NCBI GenBank assembly: GCA_963838845.1
Contig: CAWISR010000003.1
Location: 384,851 to 448,850, forward strand
Length of the DNA stretch: 64,000 nucleotides
Reading direction: 5' to 3'
Source of the DNA: an uncultured Acidimicrobiaceae bacterium
GTDB lineage: Bacteria; Actinomycetota; Acidimicrobiia; Acidimicrobiales; Bog-793
The notes beneath the pieces were generated by a model. It did no database searches and had not been told where the DNA came from. It was given only the letters and a program-made list of their open reading frames with translations. Both the position numbers and the translations under genes were made by a program. Of this stretch, positions 1 to 11,301 are shown one piece after another (the stretch's first letter is position 1; every line of letters starts with the position of its first letter).

Positions 1-1
1 C

Positions 2-1141
2 TCCGGCTGCAAGATCAACACGGCCGCGTCGGGCTACACCTTGACGGCGACCGATTCCAGCGACTCGCTCCCCTCGTCCACCAGCAGCCCTTTCTCGATC
101 GGCGTCGGACCGGCGGCCCAACTCGCCTTCACCACCCAGCCCGTCACGAGTGCGGGCGCCCAGGCCGGCACTGACGCGGGCGCCTTCACAATCTCGGGCG
201 CGAGCGACGGACAACAGCCGGTCGTCACGATCGAAGACGCCGGCGGCAACGCGGTGACCTCGAACACCTCGTCGGTGACCCTTGCGATCACCTCGGGCAC
301 CGGCACATCTGGCGCCAGCCTCAGCTGCACGACAAATCCCCTGGGCGCGTCGGCCGGCGTCGCCACCTTCTCCGGCTGCGGCATCAACAAGCCGGGTAGC
401 GGATACACCTTGAAGGCAACCGACGGTTCGCTCACCTCGGCCACCAGCATCAACTTCTCGATCGGCACGGGGCCGGCGACAAAACTCGGCTTCACCCAGT
501 CGCCCGTCAACACGGCGGGGGCGCAGGCCGGTACGGGCGGGATCGCCTGGAGCCAGCAGCCAATCGTCACGATCGAGGACGCCAAGGGCTACACGGTCAC
601 CTCGAACACCTCGTCGGTGACCCTTGCGATCACCTCCGGCACTGGGGCAGCAGGTGCCACACTCTCGTGCACGCCGAACCCCGAGCCGGCGTTGGCTGGA
701 GTCGCCACCTTCTCCGGCTGCGCTATCAACACCGCGGCGTCCGGCTACACCTTGACCGCGACCGACGGCTCGCTCACCTCGGCCACGAGCCTCTCCTTCA
801 AGATCGCTGTCGGACCGGCGGCGCAACTCGTCTTCAGCACCGAGCCGCCCTCGCCGGCGACAAAGAGCACATATTTCTCCACGTCTGTCACTGTGAAAGA
901 CGCCGGCGGTAATGCAGTGGCGTCCTCTTCGGTAAGCCTTTCAATCACTTCGGGCACTGGGAAATCGAATGCCACCCTCACCTGTACCACGAACCCCGTC
1001 ACCAGCAACTCGAGCGGTGTCGCTGGTTTCAGCTGCGAGATCAACAAGGACAGCCCAACCAGCCCCAGTAACCCCTACACCTTGACGGCCACAGACGGCT
1101 CAGCCACCGGCACGAGTTCGTCGTTCACTGTCACGGGATGA
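2..1141 (+). CDS. Secreted/surface protein made of tandem ~115-aa Ig-like repeats (5' partial, enters from upstream of window)
   Basis: Frame is open from nt 2 (SGCKINTAASGYTLTATD...), so the listed TTG at 41 is internal. At least 3 full repeats share the pattern FSIG.GPA..L.F...P / VT..DAGGN.V.S..S.V.L.I.SGTG / L.C..NP / F.GC.IN / GYTL.ATDGS, each with one Cys pair. Identical 38-nt DNA blocks at 257-294 and 599-636. Stop overlaps the next start (ATGA 1138-1141). Confidence 0.7.
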   Translation, partial: SGCKINTAASGYTLTATDSSDSLPSSTSSPFSIGVGPAAQLAFTTQPVTSAGAQAGTDAGAFTISGASDGQQPVVTIEDAGGNAVTSNTSSVTLAITSGTGTSGASLSCTTNPLGASAGVATFSGCGINKPGSGYTLKATDGSLTSATSINFSIGTGPATKLGFTQSPVNTAGAQAGTGGIAWSQQPIVTIEDAKGYTVTSNTSSVTLAITSGTGAAGATLSCTPNPEPALAGVATFSGCAINTAASGYTLTATDGSLTSATSLSFKIAVGPAAQLVFSTEPPSPATKSTYFSTSVTVKDAGGNAVASSSVSLSITSGTGKSNATLTCTTNPVTSNSSGVAGFSCEINKDSPTSPSNPYTLTATDGSATGTSSSFTVTG

Positions 1142-2646
1142 CGAAAGTGACCGTCCAGCGCCACGTCAGGGGCGATGACCAGGGCGCGACCTTAATCCTG
1201 GTGCTCATCTTCACGCTCGTGACGAGCTTGACCGTCGCCGGTCTTTTCACCGCGTTGCGGAACGATCTATCGAACTCCAAGAACTTTGCCTCGGCTCGGT
1301 CACTGCAGTACGACGCAACGACCGCGATCGACCTCGCGATCCAGTCGATCCGGTACACGCCGCTCCTCGGGACTGGTCAGACCCTCAACGCCAGCCCGCC
1401 CCAGCCGTGCTGGGCTGCCGGACCGGGTAATCCGCCTACCTACGGTTCGACCTACCTTTCGACGAACACCACGCCGGACAGCGTCGACATCGCCGTGTGG
1501 TGCAGCACCGCTTGGTTCCCGACCTCGGCGACCACGCGGGTGGTGACGATCTCGGCTTGTCAGGCCTCGATCGCGAGCTCGGCCTGCGCGCAGAACCCTC
1601 TGCTCGACTCCGTCGTGACGTTCGACGACTATCCCGCTGGGGGTAGCGAACCGACTGACGGCCAATGCGTTGTCTACTGCGGCACCGGCCTCGCCATCGA
1701 TAGCTGGCTGCAATTCCCCACCCCTCCCACCGTAAGCAGCCTCTCGTCGAGCTCGGGGTCGGTGAGCGGCGGCGGCTCCATCACGATCAACGGCTCAGGC
1801 TTCGCTCAGCATTCGACGATCAACTTCGTCGAAGAGTCCAACGGGATTCCAACAACCAACAACGTCGTCGTCTCGGTCCCGAGCAGCTCGTGTTCCAGTA
1901 CCTCGTGTACTGCAACCATCCCGGCTGTCACGTATGCCGGCGACTACTTCGTCACGGTGACGACTCCGGAGGGCACTAGCGCTGACAGCCAGTCCCAGGT
2001 GTACGACTTCCAAACCGGCACCCCCGTGATCACCGGCGTGACGAGCTCGAGCGGTTCGCTCGGCGGTCCCAGCACCGGTGGCACCTTCGTAACGATCTCC
2101 GGCAGCAACTTCATTGTCGGCGACACCGTCAACTTCGTACAGGAGTCGAGTGGCACGCCGGTCTCCGGCGCACAACCGCAAGGCGCGACTTCGGTCACCG
2201 TGTCGCGGACCGGCGCCGACACCGTCGTGATCACCGCACTCGCACCGAACATCACCTCGGTGAGCCCTGACACCTATTTCGTGTCCGTCACCTCGCCGAG
2301 CCACGTGACCGCAGCGAACCCATCGAACGGCTCGAACGTCTTCACCTACACGGCAGTCGTGCCGACGGTCAACACCGTCAGCCCAGCGACCGGCCCCTCG
2401 GGCACGGCCGTCACCATCGTCGGGACGGGGTTCCTCTCCGGTGCCACCGTGTCGTTCACACCCGAGAGCGGCGGCCAAGCCGATGGGTCGGCCCTCAGCG
2501 CGACCAACGTCAATGTCGCGGCTTCTGGAGACCAGCTCACTGCCGACGCCCCGACGCTGCAAAACGGCACGACCTATTTCGTGACGGTGGCGAACGCAGG
2601 CGTTTCGGGTTCGAGCAGTTACTTCCCTGTCTTCGCGGCAACGTGA
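1138..2646 (+). CDS. Pilus-associated protein: PilX_N-like N-terminal anchor helix plus three IPT/TIG-like domains
   Basis: N-terminus RGDDQGATLILVLIFTLVTSLTVAGLF resembles a pseudopilin/PilX_N hydrophobic helix but has no G|F cleavage motif. The C-terminal half has three ~95-aa modules (P.V..(V/L)S...G...GG..(V/I)TI.G.GF..G..V.F). 4-nt overlaps with both neighbours. Confidence 0.6.
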   Translation: MTKVTVQRHVRGDDQGATLILVLIFTLVTSLTVAGLFTALRNDLSNSKNFASARSLQYDATTAIDLAIQSIRYTPLLGTGQTLNASPPQPCWAAGPGNPPTYGSTYLSTNTTPDSVDIAVWCSTAWFPTSATTRVVTISACQASIASSACAQNPLLDSVVTFDDYPAGGSEPTDGQCVVYCGTGLAIDSWLQFPTPPTVSSLSSSSGSVSGGGSITINGSGFAQHSTINFVEESNGIPTTNNVVVSVPSSSCSSTSCTATIPAVTYAGDYFVTVTTPEGTSADSQSQVYDFQTGTPVITGVTSSSGSLGGPSTGGTFVTISGSNFIVGDTVNFVQESSGTPVSGAQPQGATSVTVSRTGADTVVITALAPNITSVSPDTYFVSVTSPSHVTAANPSNGSNVFTYTAVVPTVNTVSPATGPSGTAVTIVGTGFLSGATVSFTPESGGQADGSALSATNVNVAASGDQLTADAPTLQNGTTYFVTVANAGVSGSSSYFPVFAAT

Positions 2647-3209
2647 TGCTAAGCATCGCGCCCAAAGGGGACGAACTCCCGACGAATAGCTCGCTCGTCC
2701 CGGACGGGCAATGTCGAGGGAACGCTGGCGAGGACGGCTTCACCCTCGTCGAGGTCCTGATCGTCGTCGTCATTCTCGGCATCCTCTCGGGGATCGCGTT
2801 GCTGGCATTCGGAAACCAGGCCGGCACAACCTCACAGGCGAACTGCAAGAGCGCTTTCCGCGCCGTACAGGGAGCGGTCCAGGCCTACAAAGCCGAGACG
2901 GGCGACTTCCCCAATGCAACAGCGGCGAACGGCGGCAACGGCGCCCTCCCCGCGACCGACAACGACCCGGCGAGTCAGAACACCGCCGCTGCCACGAGTG
3001 GAGCGGGATCGGAGCTGCTCGTAAAGGGCAACACCTCCCCGAACACGGTTGCCTCAGCGGCGACCGCGGGACCATGGTTGCAAGCCCTTCCGGTCAGCAG
3101 TGGTCACTGGTCAGTCGGCGTTTCCAATGACGGCACGGGAACGGTGAGCGTCTACAGCAAGTCCGGCGCCCTCCTCGGCACATCGGCGTCGAGCTGCCCC
3201 GCGACCTAA
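2643..3209 (+). CDS. Type IV pilin-like protein with class III (prepilin) signal
   Basis: ...GEDG|FTLVEVLIVVVILGILSGIALLAF has Gly-1, Phe+1 and Glu+5, with predicted cleavage between nt 2738/2739. Two Cys (about aa 68 and 185) fit a pilin D-region. The 32-aa leader from GTG/ATG 2643/2646 is long, so the true start is uncertain. Confidence 0.75.
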   Translation: MMLSIAPKGDELPTNSSLVPDGQCRGNAGEDGFTLVEVLIVVVILGILSGIALLAFGNQAGTTSQANCKSAFRAVQGAVQAYKAETGDFPNATAANGGNGALPATDNDPASQNTAAATSGAGSELLVKGNTSPNTVASAATAGPWLQALPVSSGHWSVGVSNDGTGTVSVYSKSGALLGTSASSCPAT

Positions 3210-3214
3210 AGCGA

Positions 3215-3445
3215 GGCCCGGAATCGCACTGCCTTGGGTGTTGAGGAGCGACGCCGGGAAGTCGCTCATCGCGACCAACGCGCCGGCACCCATTTCGAGG
3301 CCCTTCGTGATCGTGGGCATCGTCGCTGTGCCGACGATCAACAATCGCCGTGGCTTGGTGCGCCCGTTGCTGAGGGTGACGAAGTCGCCGAGATGCTTGT
3401 GGAGCGCCGCGAGGGTTGTCGCACCGAGAACGATCTGATCCGCTC
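3215..3445 (-). pseudogene. Remnant of an FtsX/MacB-type ABC permease extracytoplasmic domain
   Basis: The minus-frame segment GADQIVLGATTLAALHKHLGDFVTLSNGRTKPRRLLIVGTATMPTITKGLEMGAGALVAMSDFPASLLNTQGSAIPG has high GC3 and a permease-like pattern (lGD.Vtl...g....l.IVG). No intact N- or C-terminal context; it runs into the pilin gene's 3' end. Confidence 0.45.
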
Positions 3446-3479
3446 CGCCGAGCCCGTGTCCTGCCTTACCTCCCACGGA

Positions 3480-3614
3480 TTCCACATTCTCCTCACGTAC
3501 CAGCCGACGGATCGATTCTGGGTCTTCCAGGGCATCGAAACGAGTGTGTTCGTTGCGTTGGCCGCTGGCCTCGTCGCACTGGCCTACCGGATGGTCGTCA
3601 CCCGTAACGCGTGA
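3480..3614 (+). pseudogene. Remnant: C-terminal transmembrane segment of a membrane/permease protein
   Basis: Only the last ~44 codons (HGFHILLTYQPTDRFWVFQGIETSVFVALAAGLVALAYRMVVTRNA*) look coding (high GC3, TM helix). Upstream in the same frame is antisense noise of the minus-strand remnant. Confidence 0.35.
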
Positions 3615-3667
3615 GCACCGCGCGAGCTGTGCCAGGGTCACGACGCGAGACACCGGCGATGCCGAAC

Positions 3668-4633
3668 TCACCCCGGTCGCTCGCGAACGACGTCCGCTGG
3701 GTCCTTGTCGTCACGCAGTCCAAGAAAGCGCGGTTGCCGCAGTCGACCGTCGGTCGTCCACTCGGCAAAGCCAATCTGGGCGACGAGCGCGGGTCGCGTC
3801 CAATGCGCCCCACGCGCGATCGGTCGCGCGTCGACAAACGGTGACTCCTGTGCTTCGAGCACGCGCAGCTTGGCACCCAGCTCGTGCAGCGTCTTGGTGG
3901 TGAAGCCGGTTCCGACCTTTCCGGCGTAACGGAGCTGGGCGTCCTCGTAGTAGCCGACCAGTAGAGCACCGAAGTCGGTGCGGCTGCCGGCGGGGTCGGT
4001 GAAGCCGCCGATAACGAGCTCCTGCTCCCAGGCGCACTTCAACTTCAACCAATTCCGCGAGCGTCCGCTGCTGTAGGGCGCATCCGCGCGCTTGGCGATT
4101 AGCCCCTCCCAACCTGACCGGCAGGCGTCGGCGAAGCGACGCCGCGAGTCGCCGCGCCAAGCTTCGCTGAGCTGAAGCGTCGCACTCGGCCGGATCAAGC
4201 TTCTGAGCCGGGCGCGGCGCCCGAGCAGGGGCTCGCCGGTGAGGTCCTCCCCGTCAAGCGCGAGGAGATCGAACACGCAGTAGACGAGCGGGTACTCGGC
4301 CACGAGCTCGGGGGAGGGCTCGACTACCCCAAGGCGTTGCTGGAGGCGGCTGAACGAGGTCTTTTCGCCGTCGAAGGCAACTAATTCGCCATCAAGCAGC
4401 AGCCCCCCGGGCTGCTGGGCCGACACCCCGGCACGCACCTCGGGATAAGTGGCTGAGAGGTTCTTGGCGGTGCGCGACTCAAGGCGTACGTCGCCACCCT
4501 CCTTGCGCGCGACGCAGCGCTCGCCGTCGAACTTTCGCTCAAGCAACCAGTCGTCGCCGAAATCGCGACGGTCGGTCATCGTTGCCAGCATCAGCTCGAC
4601 GGGCATGTCGGCATCGTCCCTCACGGCGCTCAC
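3668..4633 (-). CDS. ATP-dependent DNA ligase (stand-alone LigC / LigD-ligase-domain type)
   Basis: 321 aa. Adenylation motif I is LLERKFDGERC (KxDG). Downstream nucleotidyltransferase/OB-fold-like motifs: LDGELVAF, EGLIAKR, WLKLK. Confidence 0.85.
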   Translation of the reverse strand: MSAVRDDADMPVELMLATMTDRRDFGDDWLLERKFDGERCVARKEGGDVRLESRTAKNLSATYPEVRAGVSAQQPGGLLLDGELVAFDGEKTSFSRLQQRLGVVEPSPELVAEYPLVYCVFDLLALDGEDLTGEPLLGRRARLRSLIRPSATLQLSEAWRGDSRRRFADACRSGWEGLIAKRADAPYSSGRSRNWLKLKCAWEQELVIGGFTDPAGSRTDFGALLVGYYEDAQLRYAGKVGTGFTTKTLHELGAKLRVLEAQESPFVDARPIARGAHWTRPALVAQIGFAEWTTDGRLRQPRFLGLRDDKDPADVVRERPG

Positions 4634-4826
4634 GCGCCGTTCGCGCCCCCGGACCGGCGGGCGTTGATTCCAGCGCGAGCGCCGCGACCAGATCGCCGAG
4701 GACCGGCCCCATCTCCGTACGGTGACCGGCCATCAGGTCACGCGATGGTGACGAAGTCGTTGAGGAGTCTTGGGGTGAGGATTTGCTCGGCGGCGGTGAG
4801 CGCCTCGGGCGACACCGGGTGAGTGC

Positions 4827-5180
4827 TCACTCCTCCTCTTCTTCCTCTTCGAGTTCTTCTTCCTCTTCGAGGCAGTGGTCGATCTCTACGCCCTCCGCGA
4901 GCTCAAGTATTCGATCGGCAAGGTTGTGCATCTCCTCGGGTGTCATCGCTTTCACAGACGCCTCGAACCTTCCCTGCGCAGTAAGGATCGCCCAGAATTC
5001 TCGAAACTCGCCTCGGCGGCGCGATCGGATCGCGTCGACATCGTCACTTGCATGGCTAAGTTCCCCGCCGCAATGACGAAGCGATCGGGCAGAGTTCCGG
5101 TATTCCGTCGGCAGCCGGTGAACGGCTTTGCTCATCAACGCAACGAATGATCCGCCGTGGTCCTCAGTGGAGTCGGTCAT
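4827..5180 (-). CDS. Hypothetical protein with poly-Glu C-terminal tail
   Basis: 117-aa ORF ending ...HCLEEEEELEEEEEEE. No recognisable motifs. GC3 only ~67% in a locally lower-GC patch. Lies in an operon-like position between the methyltransferase and the ligase. Confidence 0.4.
   Translation of the reverse strand: MTDSTEDHGGSFVALMSKAVHRLPTEYRNSARSLRHCGGELSHASDDVDAIRSRRRGEFREFWAILTAQGRFEASVKAMTPEEMHNLADRILELAEGVEIDHCLEEEEELEEEEEEE
4830..4871. repeat. 42-nt polypyrimidine (CTC/TTC) tract encoding the Glu tail
   Basis: ctcctcctcttcttcctcttcgagttcttcttcctcttcgag read directly on the plus strand. Confidence 0.8.
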
Positions 5181-5319
5181 CGAACCAGTTCTTTTGGCAA
5201 TCGTCCTTCAAGTCTGTGGATCTCATCAGCGAGTTTGCCACCCGCCCGTTTCGTGGGTCATTCGCGGTACGCGGGATCGAGCGAACGGCCGTTGTTTCAC
5301 GGTTGCATCGGAGCTCTGG

Positions 5320-5946
5320 TTAGCGTCGTGCGGTGCCGACGATCATCGGGCGTTCGACCTTGGGCGCCTTCGGAACCTCGCCATGCCGGACCGACTCGAT
5401 TCGGAGCACCGATGCCTCAATGGTTCCGAGGGTCTCTCGATTGGGATGGCAGCCAACCAGGTTGTAAAGAGGCGTGATCCGATCCTGTCGTTTCGCTTGG
5501 TTCGGATCGTCGGAGCGGACGTGCTCGATGAAGAGAAGACGCCCGTTTGGCTTCAACACGCGCACAATCTCTGCCACCGCGACGTCTTGGTTGGGGACGC
5601 TGCACAGCACAAGCGTCACAACTGCGGTGTCGAAAGTCTCGTCCGGAAAGGGCAGTCTTTCGGCCGACGCATCGATGACCTCCGCCGCCCGATCGAGCGC
5701 GCCGATTCGCTGGCGAAGGCGGCGGCGCATGTATCGGTCGGGCTCGGCCAGCACCAATCGCGTCACCACTTCGGGATAGTGCGCAAGGTTGAGTCCGGTG
5801 CCGGCCCCGATCTCAATCGTCACTCCTTCAGCGCTCTCCAGAAGCCGTCGTCGTTCCTCCCGCAAACCGGCCTCTTCGGATCCCTTGCTGAGCCTGTCAT
5901 ACAGCGCGGCAAATAATCGCCGTCTCATCGAGACTCCAGTTCCCAA
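5320..5946 (-). CDS. Class I SAM-dependent methyltransferase (Methyltransf_11-like)
   Basis: Motif I VTIEIGAGTGLN, then FPDETFDTAVVTLVLCSV and LKPNGRLLFIEH. Confidence 0.8.
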   Translation of the reverse strand: MGTGVSMRRRLFAALYDRLSKGSEEAGLREERRRLLESAEGVTIEIGAGTGLNLAHYPEVVTRLVLAEPDRYMRRRLRQRIGALDRAAEVIDASAERLPFPDETFDTAVVTLVLCSVPNQDVAVAEIVRVLKPNGRLLFIEHVRSDDPNQAKRQDRITPLYNLVGCHPNRETLGTIEASVLRIESVRHGEVPKAPKVERPMIVGTARR

Positions 5947-6242
5947 ACGACCCTGCCGAGGCGTCTTGGTTCTGAGTAGAACGGATCAACTTGACAGGTA
6001 GGTGCGAAGGGCAAACGTAGACGAAAGGCTCGTCACCACGGTGACGAAGTCGACGGTGGCATCGCCCATTCGCCGGTACCACTGAGACGACGAAGCATCG
6101 CGTGATCGCCTCGACACGTGATCGTGAAGTCGGACCCTGAACCACCGACGTCTCATGGTGTGTCTGTGGTGCAACCTTGGCGCCAAGAGCCAACGCTCGG
6201 CGCGTGGGTTCAGGATTGTCCTCTTGACCAGGGCTATCGAAG

Positions 6243-6316
6243 TGGGGCTAACTGGACTTGAACCAGTGACCTCAGCATTATCAGTGCTGCGCTCTAACCA
6301 ACTGAGCTATAGCCCC
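6243..6316 (-). tRNA. tRNA-Ile (anticodon GAT)
   Basis: 74-nt cloverleaf: GGGGCTA-TA-GCTC-AGTTGGTTA-GAGC-G-CAGCA-CTGATAA-TGCTG-AGGTC-ACTGG-TTCAAGT-CCAGT-TAGCCCC-A. No encoded CCA. Its position just after gyrA matches actinobacterial synteny. Confidence 0.95.
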
Positions 6317-6343
6317 AGGCGCCTCGAAGCTACCTGATCGGAG

Positions 6344-8822
6344 TCAGTCCTCTTCCGCCGCCGCCATCAACGCGACGGCCGTCACACGCTGGCCGTCTTC
6401 GAGATTCATCACCCGTACTCCCGTCGCGTCGCGGCCCTGGGCGGTGATCTCACGCACCGCCATGCGAATAACGATCCCAGCGGACGACACCACTAACAAC
6501 TCGTCATCGATCGTCGCCATCAGCGCATCAATCACAACGCCGCGACGCTCGGTGATCTTGATGCCTCGCACGCCTTGGCCGCCGCGACCTTGGGTTCCGA
6601 AGCGATCGAGCTTCGTGCGCTTCCCGAAACCCGCGTCGGTGACGATGACGAGATCGACGTCCGGACGCGACACGTCGCACGCGACGAGTTTGTCGCCGGC
6701 CTTCAGTCGCATGCCGCGTACACCGGCCGCAGAGCGGCCCATCGGCCGAACGTCGGACTCGTCGAAGCGAATCACCATCCCCTGCTCACTGACCATGAAC
6801 ACATCGTCGTCGCCGCTCGTCGGAAGCACGCGCACGAGCTCGTCATCGTCATTGAGCGTGATCGCGATGAAACCCTCACGCCGCGACTTGTCGTACTCGC
6901 TGAAGGAAGTCTTCTTCACCTGTCCGCTGCGCGTCGCGAACAACAGGTACTGGTCCGGATCGAATTCCTTCGTCGGAACGATCGCCTGGACGCGTTCCCC
7001 GGGGCTGAGCGAGATGAGATTGACGAGGGCGGTTCCCCGCGCGGTGCGTTCCTTCACCGGGACCTCGTGCGCGCGAAGGCGGTACACCTTGCCGCGGTTC
7101 GAGAACAACAACAGGTGAGAAAGCGACGTCGCGTAGACGACCTCGCGGATGAGATCCTCCTCCTTCAACCGCGCGCCCTGGACGCCGCGGCCACCGCGTG
7201 ATTGGGTTCGAAACGCGTCCGTTGAGACCGCCTTCACGTAGCCCGCGCGAGAGGGTCACGACGATCTCGTCGTCCTCGATCAGGTCCTCGGCCGAGAGGT
7301 CGCCCGGATCGTGCACTACGCGGGTGCGACGTTCCTCGGCGAACTTGTCGTGCACCGCCGCGAGCTCGTCGGAAATCACGCGCAGCAACTTCGCTCGATG
7401 TCCGAGGATCGACTCGAGTTGGGCGATCGTCTTTTTGAGCTCGGCCATCTCCTCCTCGAGCTCGGAACGGCCGAGTCGTGTCAGGCGACCGAGCGTCATG
7501 TCCAAGATGTGGTTCGCCTGGTCCTCGGAGAACGAGAACGGCTCGGCCATGAGATTCGTCCGTGCCTCGGCGCGGTCTTCCGAGCCGCGGATCGTGGCGA
7601 TGACCTGATCCAGCATGTCGAGCGCGCGCAGAAATCCCTCGACGATGTGGGCGCGCTCGCGCGCCTTGCGCAAACGGAACTCCGAGCGCCGGGTCACGAC
7701 TTCGACTTGGTGGGCGACGTACGCCGAGAGCGCCTGGGCGAGGTTCACGAGTCGAGGCACACCGTCGACCAGGGCGAGCATGTGGATGCCGAAGCTCGCC
7801 TGGAGCTGGGTGTGCTTGAACAGGTTGTTCAGCACGACGTTTGGGTTGGCGTCGCGTCGCAAGGTGACGACGAGGCGCGGTTGTCCGCCCGCGGAGAGAT
7901 TGTCGATCGCCGAGATCCCAGAAACCTCGCCGGATTCGAGAGACTCGGCGATCTGCTTCTCGATCACTTCGACCGCTGTCTGGTAGGGGATCTCGCTAAC
8001 AACAATCTGTGGTGCGCCGTTGCGCGCTTCGGTCACTTCAGTGACGGCGCGGATCTTCACCGATCCGCGCCCCGTCCGGTACGCGTCGATGATCCCTGCG
8101 CGGCCCAAGATCAACCCGCCGGTCGGAAAGTCGGGGCCTTTCACAAACTTCATCAGGTCGTCCGGGGTCGCGTCGGGATGCTCGATCAGGTACCGCGTCG
8201 CATCGATCACCTCACCCAAGTTGTGTGGCGGGATGTTCGTCGCCATCCCGACCGCGATCCCCTGCGAGCCGTTGACGAGAAGGTTCGGAAAGCGCGAAGG
8301 CAAGACGACGGGCTGCTCGTAGCGGCCGTCGTAGTTCGGGACGAAATCGACCGTGTCCTCGTCGATGCCCTCCAACAGCGACATCGCGAGCGCCGCGAGG
8401 CGTGCCTCGGTGTAACGCATCGCCGCCGGCAGCGCATCGGGACCGGGGGCACCGAAGTCGCCGTGGCCGTCGATGAGCGGGTGCCGCAAGCTGAAGTCCT
8501 GCACCATGCGCGCGAGCGCGTCGTAGATCGCCGCATCGCCGTGGGGATGGAACTTCCCCATCACCTCACCGACGACGCTCGCGCACTTCACATGGGGACG
8601 GTCAGGGCGCAGTCCGCTGTCCCACATCGAATAGAGGATCCGACGGTGAACAGGTTTCAGTCCGTCGCGCACATCGGGCAGCGCCCGCGAAACGATGACC
8701 GACATCGAGTACTCGAGGTACGAGCGCTCCATCTCTTCTTGAAACTCGATCGGTTCGACGATCGGTTCAGACGGCGTGTCCCCGTCCGACCGAGCGGCCG
8801 GCCTCTTCGAGCGAGGCGGCAT
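6344..8822 (-). CDS. gyrA: DNA gyrase subunit A, interrupted by a single frameshift near 7241-7250 in this assembly
   Basis: The N-terminal ORF (6876-8822) is conserved up to ...DDEIVVTLSR. The C-terminal ORF (6344-7237) continues (A)GYVKAVSTDAFRTQSRGGRGVQG... Total span is 2479 nt (3n+1). About 825 aa if corrected. Confidence 0.9.
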
Positions 8823-8888
8823 CGATTCCTACCTTTCTCTCACGTTCCATTACCCCGAGCGCCCCCCGACCGCCAGGTGAGGGGTCGA

Positions 8889-10839
<1,951 letters not shown>

Positions 10840-10911
10840 GGGCGCGGCTCCTCAACGGCGTCGATGCCAAATGCCGGCTTGCGTGCCGTAAGCGCAAGCC
10901 ACAGGACCCGT

Positions 10912-11301
10912 TCAGTCTAGGCGGAAACGACCGTCCACTTGGCCTTTCACCCGCTCGACAACGCGGCGTCCGAGCAGCTCGGCAAGGCGGTCGCAAATTG
11001 CCGGGGCGAGAAAAACGAGTTCGGTCACCCGCCCCGGCGTGTCGACCGCGACAAGGAGCTCCGACCCGTTCAATGTGCGAGGGGTGCTGTGCTGCGCGGC
11101 GACCTCGCCGACGAGCTCCGGCCAAGAGCGGGCGATCGTGTCGAGCAGGCGGAGACTTTGGAGTCCTTCCGCTTTCAGGTACGCGTCGAGGACCTCGTCG
11201 ATCGGATACGGCTGTCGTCGCGATTCTTCTGAACCATCGGCGTCCTCGCCGTCGATTGGGCGCGCCGCGCGTCGGCCGCGGTGTCCCCTTCGTGCCCTCA
11301 C
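10912..11301 (-). CDS. dciA: DUF721/DciA-like protein (helicase-loading factor family)
   Basis: 129 aa in the conserved recF-gyrB interval, as for Rv0004. GTGA overlap with the recF stop. Basic N-terminus followed by a DUF721-like core. Confidence 0.7.
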   Translation of the reverse strand: MRARRGHRGRRAARPIDGEDADGSEESRRQPYPIDEVLDAYLKAEGLQSLRLLDTIARSWPELVGEVAAQHSTPRTLNGSELLVAVDTPGRVTELVFLAPAICDRLAELLGRRVVERVKGQVDGRFRLD

